Positions 57,821-64,000 of a DNA stretch of 64,000 nucleotides are shown piece after piece. Within the stretch, counting starts at the first letter, position 1, and each line of letters begins with the position of its first letter. Source of the stretch: Gammaproteobacteria bacterium (GTDB taxonomy: Bacteria; Pseudomonadota; Gammaproteobacteria; VBWC01); NCBI GenBank assembly GCA_006218035.1, contig VBWC01000003.1:117251-181250 (forward strand), written 5' to 3'. Below the pieces are notes generated by a model. It was not told the origin of the DNA and made no database searches. It was given only the letters and a program-made list of their open reading frames with translations. The position numbers and the translations under genes are program-made.

Positions 57821-59542
57821 ATGGCGCGCAAGAAAAAACACGAAGAACACGAGAACCTCGAACGTTGGCTGGTTTCTTACGCCGACTTCATTACCCTGTT
57901 GTTCGCGTTCTTCGTCGTCATGTACTCGGTCTCGTCGGTCAATCAGGGTAAGTACCGCGTGTTGTCAGACGCACTGGTGGCGTCGTTTCGTTCGCCTCTT
58001 AAAAGCCTCGACCCAATCCAAATCGGCGATACCGCGAAATCGATTTATAACCCTCAATACGCGTTTATGAAGGAGCCGTCTGTCTTTAATATTCCCAAGC
58101 TGCCGCAGCGGCATGTGCCGGGCGCGGAAACGAAGGGCCCGCGGTCGCAAGGCGACGGTGGGACCCGCGAGCGGGCGGAGGGCAGGGGTATCGAGGGCCG
58201 TGCAGTGGAACAAGGCACGACCGAAGGCCAGCATCGTGGCGTTGTGTCCGCCGAGGGGGACGTCGAAAATGCCTTTCAACAACGCCTGCCGCCGATACCG
58301 GAAACCGGTCTGCCGCCGGAGGCGTTGCAGCCCGGCACGATCGTCAGCAAGGGTACCAGGATAGGCGGATTCGGCGGTATCGAGGCCGAGTTACCCGCGC
58401 CGTTGCCGGATACCGACAAAACCGCAAAAGAGTTGAAGGTGGGAACCCTCGTCAGTGGCGGCACCGAGATCGGCGGCTTCGGCGGGGTGGATGTCGAACT
58501 GCCCGCGCCGCTGCGGGAAGTGAAGGCGCATCGCGATGTCCGCGCGATCTCGCAGGAGTTTACCGAAAAACTGGAGGGACTCATCGCCGGCGACCTTGTC
58601 GCCATACGCAGTGACGAAAAGGCGCTGACAGTAGAGGTGGAAATCAAGGACAACGTATTGTTCAAAAGCGGTAGCGCCAATGTCGAAGCGACCGCGTTGC
58701 CGGTGCTCAACGATCTTGCGGGGGTATTGAAACAGTTTCCGTATCCGGTTCGTGTCGAAGGATTTACCGATAACAATCCGATCAGCACCAGCGCTTTTCC
58801 GTCCAACTGGGAATTGTCCGCGGTGCGGGCGGCAAGCGTGGTCAAGGCGTTGAGCACCGCCGGTATCGAACCGCCGCGGCTGTCTGCAGTTGGCTACGGT
58901 GAGTACCGTCCGGTCGCCGCCAACAACACCGTCGAGGGCCGCCAGCAGAATCGCCGCGTCATCCTGGTGATCGAGGCGAACCCGTCTGCGCAGCCGATAT
59001 TGCAGGCGTCGCTGCCGACCCGGCCACGCAGCGTGACGTTCGACAAGGAGGCAGTGGCATTGCCGCCGCCCGCGGTACCCGTTACCCGTGCCATACCTGC
59101 ACCGGTAACGCCGGTGCCGGACAAGCCGGTGGCACCGGCCAGTCCGGTTGAGGCGAAACCGGTGGTCCCGGTGCCGCTGCCGGCCACGCCGGTTGAACAG
59201 CCGGTGACTGTCGACGAAAAAAATGTCGTAGTACCCGCCGCGATCAAACCTGAACCAGCGGTACCGGCAAAACAAATCGCGCAGCCAGCAATCGTGACGC
59301 CGGAAATAACTCCGGAGCCGGTGGTTGCGCCGGAACCGCTGCCGCCACCGAAGACGGCTGAATCTGCGGGCGCCATTTTGCAACCGTTTCGGGCGATCGA
59401 CATGCCGAACCCGATCACGATGCCGATTGCACCGCCGATCAAGTTGCCGGTCGCGCCCGAGCGGAAGCAGTCGTCCGAACTTACGCCGAATGCGCTCGGG
59501 GTCAAGTCGATCTGGCCCGGTGGATCCAAAGAGAAGCCATAG
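57821..59542 (+). CDS. motB: flagellar stator protein MotB/PomB family, unusually long (573 aa) with repeat insert and Pro-rich C-terminal extension
   Basis: The N-terminal plug/transmembrane region (WLVSYADFITLLFAFFVVMYSVSS) matches MotB. The OmpA-like peptidoglycan-binding domain (VRVEGFTDNNP...AVGYGEYRP...QNRRV) is present. An internal tandem repeat and a ~190-aa Pro/Val/Ala-rich tail are additional. Confidence 0.82.
   Translation: MARKKKHEEHENLERWLVSYADFITLLFAFFVVMYSVSSVNQGKYRVLSDALVASFRSPLKSLDPIQIGDTAKSIYNPQYAFMKEPSVFNIPKLPQRHVPGAETKGPRSQGDGGTRERAEGRGIEGRAVEQGTTEGQHRGVVSAEGDVENAFQQRLPPIPETGLPPEALQPGTIVSKGTRIGGFGGIEAELPAPLPDTDKTAKELKVGTLVSGGTEIGGFGGVDVELPAPLREVKAHRDVRAISQEFTEKLEGLIAGDLVAIRSDEKALTVEVEIKDNVLFKSGSANVEATALPVLNDLAGVLKQFPYPVRVEGFTDNNPISTSAFPSNWELSAVRAASVVKALSTAGIEPPRLSAVGYGEYRPVAANNTVEGRQQNRRVILVIEANPSAQPILQASLPTRPRSVTFDKEAVALPPPAVPVTRAIPAPVTPVPDKPVAPASPVEAKPVVPVPLPATPVEQPVTVDEKNVVVPAAIKPEPAVPAKQIAQPAIVTPEITPEPVVAPEPLPPPKTAESAGAILQPFRAIDMPNPITMPIAPPIKLPVAPERKQSSELTPNALGVKSIWPGGSKEKP
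58340..58518 (+). repeat. imperfect tandem duplication of a ~71-nt unit (period ~108 nt) inside motB
   Basis: The units are 58340-58410 and 58448-58518. They encode TIVSKGTRIGGFGGIEAELPAPLPD and TLVSGGTEIGGFGGVDVELPAPLRE. Confidence 0.7.
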
Positions 59543-59590
59543 CCCCGCTGGTAAGTCAGTGTTCGGTGTATCGTCCCTATCAAGAGAGAG

Positions 59591-59606
59591 TGGCATGGAT
59601 GCTGCA
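59591..59606 (+). promoter_or_regulatory. possible sigma-54-like element upstream of cheW
   Basis: TGGCAT-N5-CTGCA has GG/GC spacing of 10 but two mismatches. It lies about 115 nt upstream of the cheW ATG. Confidence 0.3.
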
Positions 59607-59719
59607 ACGTATCGGGTATCTCGCCGTGCGACAAAAAGCCGGCGTATATGTGCACGATGTTTGGCGGGTTGCCGGATTGCCGGCGTTGCCGAAACAGGAA
59701 TGACGACACGAGCATAACG

Positions 59720-60178
59720 ATGGAATCAGTCAGACAGGAAACGAAGCGGGCGGATACGGTCACGCAATGGGTGACCTTCAGGCTGGCCGGCGAAACCTAC
59801 GGCATCGAAGTCATGTCGGTTCAGGAGGTTTTGCGGGTTCCGGAGATTACGCCGGTACCGGGCGTACCGGATCACGTACTGGGTATTATCAATCTGCGCG
59901 GCAAGGTTGTTACGGTGCTCGATATGCGCCAGCGTTTCGGTTTGCCGTCGACCGGGCTCGACGACGCGTCGCGCATCATTGTCATCGAAATCGCCGATGA
60001 CGTGGTCGGTGTCCTGGTGGATCGTGTGGCCGAGGTGGTCTACCTGAACGAGGCCGAGGTGGAAAGCGCCCCGGATGTCGGTAATCGGAAGAGTTCGCGA
60101 TTTATTCGCGGGGTGCATGTCAGCGACGACCAAATGCTGATTCTGGTCGATTTCACCGGTCTCATCGACGAAGCGTAG
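59720..60178 (+). CDS. cheW: chemotaxis coupling protein CheW
   Basis: The CheW domain is present (QWVTFRLAGETYGIEVMSVQEVLRVPEITPVPGVPDHVLGIINLRGKVVTVLDMRQRFGL). The start was trimmed to the ATG at 59720. Confidence 0.9.
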   Translation: MESVRQETKRADTVTQWVTFRLAGETYGIEVMSVQEVLRVPEITPVPGVPDHVLGIINLRGKVVTVLDMRQRFGLPSTGLDDASRIIVIEIADDVVGVLVDRVAEVVYLNEAEVESAPDVGNRKSSRFIRGVHVSDDQMLILVDFTGLIDEA

Positions 60179-60232
60179 CGCGCGTCGCACACTTCGTGAT
60201 GAATCGTCGCCGCATGTCTCAGGAAACCGTCC

Positions 60233-60409
60233 ATGGTAAAACTTCCCGAGATTCCTCCCGTCGCACCGGCCTGGCCTAGACCAAAGTCCGACCGGACCGG
60301 TCGATCCGGGCGAACCGAGAAAAAGCAACGCGACGACGAACGTGAACGCCGGCGCAAGGATGATCCGGACGAAGAGGGCGGGAAGGATCATGTCGACGAA
60401 TACGCTTAG
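60233..60409 (+). CDS. possible small (58 aa) highly charged protein between cheW and the DUF2802 gene
   Basis: The ORF is below the 60-aa cutoff of the supplied track. Its product, MVKLPEIPPVAPAWPRPKSDRTGRSGRTEKKQRDDERERRRKDDPDEEGGKDHVDEYA, fills an otherwise unexplained gap. No ribosome-binding site could be confirmed. Confidence 0.25.
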   Translation: MVKLPEIPPVAPAWPRPKSDRTGRSGRTEKKQRDDERERRRKDDPDEEGGKDHVDEYA

Positions 60410-60424
60410 AACATGGAGTGATAT

Positions 60425-60793
60425 ATGCATCTTCTGAACATACTCTTTTTTCTTGTGGTGACCGGGCTGATTTACGAAAGCCACCGGCGCTTCAGCCGGG
60501 CGCTATCACAGCGCGACGAGGCCATCATGCGTTTGCAGCGCGATATCGCGGCGTTAACCACCGCCGGTGCCGGGATCAGCGGGCATCTGATGCGTATCGA
60601 ACGCCATCTCGCCGAATTCGGCGAGCGCCAGTATCAGCTTGAAACATCGACGCGGGTCGAACAGTCCTACAGCCAGGCGATTCGCCTGGCCAGCGAGGGT
60701 GCCGGTACCGATCAGCTAATCGAGGACTGCGGTCTGGTGCGGGATGAGGCGGAGTTGCTGCGCACCTTCTATCAGCAACGCAAGGCGTCCTGA
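60425..60793 (+). CDS. DUF2802-family protein (flagellar-cluster associated)
   Basis: It has an N-terminal transmembrane segment plus a coiled coil. Proteins of this organisation commonly follow cheW in polar-flagellum clusters. The family call is from memory of the pattern, not from a search. Confidence 0.55.
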   Translation: MHLLNILFFLVVTGLIYESHRRFSRALSQRDEAIMRLQRDIAALTTAGAGISGHLMRIERHLAEFGERQYQLETSTRVEQSYSQAIRLASEGAGTDQLIEDCGLVRDEAELLRTFYQQRKAS

Positions 60794-60803
60794 CGATACC
60801 TGC

Positions 60804-62684
60804 TTACGCCCCGTCGTGCGCATCACCGCGCACGTCTATCGTGCGGCGCGGCTCGCCAACAAAATACCCCTGTGCATAGTCAATACCCAGGTCGGTCAGC
60901 ATGTCGAGCACCGCCTGATTTTCCACGAACTCGGCAACGGTTTTTTTGCCGAGGGAGTGGGCGACGTCAATAATGGATTTGACCAGCGACTGATCCATGG
61001 CGCTGTTGGGAAGATTGGTGATGAAGCTGCCGTCGATCTTGAGAAAATCCACCGGAAAGTTTTTGATGTAGGCGAACGAGTTGAAGCCGGAACCGAAGTC
61101 GTCGAGTGCGAACTGGCAACCGAGTTCGCGCAGGCGGATAATCATTTGGCGCGTCTGTTCCGCGTTCGCGATCGCTGCGGTTTCGGTGATTTCAAATATC
61201 AGGCGGGTCGCATCAATACCGCGCTCGGTAATCTGATCCCGAATCAGCGCAAACAGGGTCGGATCCTGGAAGGAATGACCGGACAGGTTGATATTCAGTG
61301 AAACGTGCGCCAGCTCGGGCGGGAGCGTCGCCAGCATCCTGATCGCACTGAGCACTACCCAGCGATCTATGTCATGGATCAGGCCCATGCTTTCCGCTAC
61401 CGGGATAAAATTCACCGGGCTGACCAGCTGGTTGTCGGCGTCGATCAACCGTATCAGTACCTCGTAATGCTGAAAGCGGCCGTTCGCAACATTGAGTACC
61501 GGCTGGTACACCAGGCAAAAACGCTGTTCCGCGAGCGCCGCTCGAATGATTGGCACCCAGTGCGCAGCGCTGCGCAGGATGTCCATTTCCGCGTCTTCCT
61601 TGCTGTAGAGATGAACGAGATTCCGCCCGCGGGACTTGGCGGCGAAACAGGCCCGGTTAGCGCGTGCGAGTATGGTGCTGGCGGACAGCCCGTCGTCGGG
61701 ATGAATGAGCACGACGCCGATGCTCGCGCCGATATGATACGTGCGCTTATTGACGTCGACGCGATAGTTGTCCATCAAGCGATGCAACGATTCGGCGGTG
61801 CCCAGCACGGCCTTGTCATCCGCGCCTTCGATCACGACGGCGAACTCGTCTGCGCTGACGCGACAAACGAGATGGGCGGCGCCGAAGTGACGGCGGAGTA
61901 ATCGGGAGATTGCTATTAATACCTCATCACCCACGGTATAGCCTTCCAGATCGTTGATGACCTTGAACTGGTCGAGATCAAGGTACAGCAAGCCGCTGGC
62001 GACGCCGCTATGTTCCGCTAGATGTACGAGGCGATCCATGGCCTTCTCGAGCTGGCGGCGGTTACAGAGTCCGGTGAGATCGTCGTGCGTGACGAGATGG
62101 TTCAGGCGCTCCTCAACGATGCGTCGTTCCGCAAGTTCAATGACGAGCTCGTCTTCCCGGCTCTTGCGCAGGTCTCGTTCCCGCTTGAGCGAAAGCGCGG
62201 ATATCACTCGCGGGATCAGTTCCACGCGACGTATCGGTTTAAACATGATGTCGGTTGCGCCGGCGGTAAAGCTGGTGTTGGCGATTTCGTCCTGCCACGT
62301 CGCGTTTGCAGTGATCATGATGACCGGGATATCCGCCCAGTCGATTTGGGAGCGTATCCGGCCGCAAACCTCGTATCCGTCCATATTCGGCATCATGATG
62401 TCGAGCAACACGAGATTGATGCGACACTGATTGTTCGCGGTGTTTTGCGCCAGCAGATTCAGGGCCAGGGCACCGCTGCTCGCGGCGACCGTATTCATGA
62501 ATCCGCTCTTGGCGAGCATGGCGCGTGTCAGGTCGATGTTGTCGCTGTTGTCATCAACGACCAGGATGCGCATGCGGCGCAATTCGTCGAGAAAGTTGGT
62601 ATGCGGGTCGCGGCCGTTCGCGTCGCCGCCGCGGTCCGTCGGGGACGCAGGCCCGTTGTTCTGTTTACGACCCGTGTTTTCCAT
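60804..62684 (-). CDS. response-regulator receiver / degenerate GGDEF (SADEF) / EAL phosphodiesterase-domain protein
   Basis: The REC domain carries ILVVDD...LVLLDIMMPNMDG. The GGDEF-like domain has SADEF in place of GGDEF. The EAL domain carries EVLIRL, the NINLS, EITE, DDFGSGFNS, KIDGSF and QGYF motifs, consistent with a catalytically competent c-di-GMP phosphodiesterase. Confidence 0.85.
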   Translation of the reverse strand: MENTGRKQNNGPASPTDRGGDANGRDPHTNFLDELRRMRILVVDDNSDNIDLTRAMLAKSGFMNTVAASSGALALNLLAQNTANNQCRINLVLLDIMMPNMDGYEVCGRIRSQIDWADIPVIMITANATWQDEIANTSFTAGATDIMFKPIRRVELIPRVISALSLKRERDLRKSREDELVIELAERRIVEERLNHLVTHDDLTGLCNRRQLEKAMDRLVHLAEHSGVASGLLYLDLDQFKVINDLEGYTVGDEVLIAISRLLRRHFGAAHLVCRVSADEFAVVIEGADDKAVLGTAESLHRLMDNYRVDVNKRTYHIGASIGVVLIHPDDGLSASTILARANRACFAAKSRGRNLVHLYSKEDAEMDILRSAAHWVPIIRAALAEQRFCLVYQPVLNVANGRFQHYEVLIRLIDADNQLVSPVNFIPVAESMGLIHDIDRWVVLSAIRMLATLPPELAHVSLNINLSGHSFQDPTLFALIRDQITERGIDATRLIFEITETAAIANAEQTRQMIIRLRELGCQFALDDFGSGFNSFAYIKNFPVDFLKIDGSFITNLPNSAMDQSLVKSIIDVAHSLGKKTVAEFVENQAVLDMLTDLGIDYAQGYFVGEPRRTIDVRGDAHDGA

Positions 62685-62811
62685 CTATGCTTTCAGTATC
62701 GGCTGGCGTGGCGCCACGAGTGGCCATGAATAGCGATTCACCTGGATCAGCAATGATCCGAACCCCAATTCGAAAAACGGAAGACAATCAGTGCCTGGTC
62801 AATCAGCCCAT

Positions 62812-62840
62812 TTATCGGCGCTGCCCCACCATTCTTTATA
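62812..62840 (-). promoter_or_regulatory. sigma-28 (FliA) type promoter driving the REC-GGDEF-EAL gene
   Basis: On the minus strand it reads TAAAG-N15-GCCGATAA, an exact consensus match. The -10 box ends about 128 nt upstream of the start codon at 62684. Confidence 0.65.
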
Positions 62841-63162
62841 GCGTGAATTCAACTCGTAAGTGCAACTCTACGCCTTTGGCAGGAGGCCAGGCCTAATGAC
62901 GTCGCGCCGGTCGGCCGCTCTCGCTCAGGTGGCGGTTTTCAGGCGCGCGACTTTCGGCGCGGGCCCGGTGCGCGCGCTTCGGGACGACGTTTCCGGGATA
63001 GGCCGGATTCTTTTCTGGCAGCTTGTTGAAAAACTACTGCGCTTGCCATGACGGCGTTGCAAAAAGGCTCAAACGACATACAGTACCTCCTGTACATAAC
63101 CCCGCTTTTTCGCCTTTTTGCGCCTTGTCCCGGTGGCACTCGCTACGTTTTTCAACATGCTG

Positions 63163-63462
63163 CTAGGTGGCTTTACGCGTGGCGGCGTGTTCGGCCGCCT
63201 TGCCCGATACGATATAGGCGAATGCGATAACTTCGGCGATGACAAAATAGAGCTGTTCCGGGATTTCATCGCCCAGCTCGAGTTGCGACAGCAGGAACGC
63301 GAGGCCGGGGTCTTCGTGTAACGGAATGTTATGCGCCCGGGCGATCTCGATGATCTGATCGGCCAGTTCGTCGAGCCCTGTTGCCGTCACCCGGGGCGCG
63401 TTGCTGCCGTCGTATTTCAATGCGACGGCTTTGCGCGGCCCCTGGTTCTCATCGCTGTTCAT
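63163..63462 (-). CDS. FlhB C-terminal-domain paralog (FlhX/YlqH-like small protein)
   Basis: The 99-aa product aligns with the post-NPTH part of the FlhB encoded in this same window: AVALKYDGSNAPRVTATGLDELADQIIEIARAHNIPLHEDPGLAFLL compared with AVALRYDQKTMRAPVVVASGGDLIAAQIRHVAIQYNIPILSAPPLARAL. Confidence 0.8.
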   Translation of the reverse strand: MNSDENQGPRKAVALKYDGSNAPRVTATGLDELADQIIEIARAHNIPLHEDPGLAFLLSQLELGDEIPEQLYFVIAEVIAFAYIVSGKAAEHAATRKAT

Positions 63463-64000
63463 GCCTCGAGATTCCTCAATAACTCCGGCGTGCGGTGGCC
63501 GGGCACGGGCGGGGGCTTGCCGGTCTGGCAGCGCATTGCTCCGACGGTCAGGCCGGCGCTGGCGAGTTTGCCTTGCAATTCGGCCAGGTGTCGCTCGAAC
63601 AGATCCGCGGTGCGGGGTTGTTCTGCCCAGAACATCGTCGAGATATGACGGTTTTGCAGTGTCAGGCGGGCATGAACGGGCCCGAGATGTTCCAGATCAA
63701 ATGCGATGTGAATGGTCCATTGCCGCGCGGCCTCATCCTGTGAGCCGGTCGCATCCCGTGTGATACGCAGCTGTATGACGTCCACCTGATTCCCGTGGCG
63801 TAGCGGCAGTTCAAACGTGAGATACGGCTGGGCCTGGTCCTGGGCGGGTAGCGCGGCAAGCTGGCTGATCTGTAAACGTGCGAGCACGCCATCCGCCTGC
63901 TGCAGCAGCACACCGAGCAATTCATCGACGGTTGAGAACATTGCCGGGGCAGCCCGTGCCTGGGCCTGCATCACGGACCCACGCAGCGGTGGCGCCGCGT
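63459..64000 (-). CDS. FliK C-terminal-domain-like protein (partial; 5' end beyond window)
   Basis: Its C-terminal region resembles the FliK C-terminal domain in this window: LEHLGPVHARLTLQNRHISTMFWAEQPRTADLFERHLAELQGKLASAGLTV compared with PELGPVRVHISIDQGQVSVTFTSHHAQVRDALQSAMANLGDLLAESGLNL. It overlaps the downstream FlhB-like gene by 4 nt. The reading frame is open to the window edge. Confidence 0.65.
   Translation of the reverse strand, partial: AAPPLRGSVMQAQARAAPAMFSTVDELLGVLLQQADGVLARLQISQLAALPAQDQAQPYLTFELPLRHGNQVDVIQLRITRDATGSQDEAARQWTIHIAFDLEHLGPVHARLTLQNRHISTMFWAEQPRTADLFERHLAELQGKLASAGLTVGAMRCQTGKPPPVPGHRTPELLRNLEA

Noticed and set aside
57821-59542. Whether the long motB is a fusion of motB with a downstream gene through a frameshift
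   Set aside because: The reading frame is continuous and the OmpA domain lies in the middle. The extension is low-complexity rather than a second folded domain. This is retained as a finding rather than called a pseudogene.
62860-63160. Small + strand ORFs (62860-63051, 63048-63230, 63118-63321) in the region downstream of the FlhB-like gene
   Set aside because: They have no ribosome-binding site or family resemblance, and they overlap the sigma-28 promoter/UTR region of the minus-strand EAL gene and the FlhB-like gene.
1-64000. Mobile elements, CRISPR arrays, tRNA/rRNA genes
   Set aside because: No transposase- or integrase-like ORFs, no direct-repeat/spacer arrays, and no tRNA-like cloverleaf candidates were recognised. 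The only tandem repeat is intragenic (motB).

Overview
The window is almost entirely one large polar-flagellum and chemotaxis regulon on the + strand. It comes from a high-GC (about 62%) proteobacterium with Pseudomonas/Vibrio-type organisation. Gene order is flgBCDEFGHIJKL, rmlBACD, fliC-flaG-fliD-fliS-fliT, then an accessory insert, fleQ-fleS-fleR, fliEFGHIJK, an MCP gene, a porin/PBP-like pair, fliLMNOPQR-flhB-flhA-flhF-fleN-fliA, and cheY-cheA-cheB-motA-motB-cheW followed by a DUF2802 gene. The accessory insert is a minus-strand 1122-aa TPR/GT9-like gene, two paralogous TPR/GT41 (O-GlcNAc-transferase-like) genes, and a 225-aa unknown ORF. On the minus strand at the right end lie a REC-GGDEF(degenerate)-EAL gene with an apparent sigma-28 promoter, and a FlhB-C-terminal-like (FlhX-type) plus FliK-C-terminal-like gene pair. 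Several sigma-54 (GG-N10-GC) and sigma-28 (TAAA-N15-GCCGATAA) promoter matches can be read directly in the intergenic regions in front of class-appropriate operons. No tRNA or rRNA gene, CRISPR array, transposase or integrase is visible. The most unusual content is a probable flagellin O-glycosylation module split in two: the dTDP-rhamnose operon between flgL and fliC, and three large TPR-glycosyltransferase genes between fliT and fleQ, one of them a tri-domain antisense gene. Also notable are a FliA-dependent c-di-GMP phosphodiesterase candidate, an unusually long repeat- and proline-rich MotB, the absence of cheZ, and a second FlhB-C/FliK-C paralog pair.
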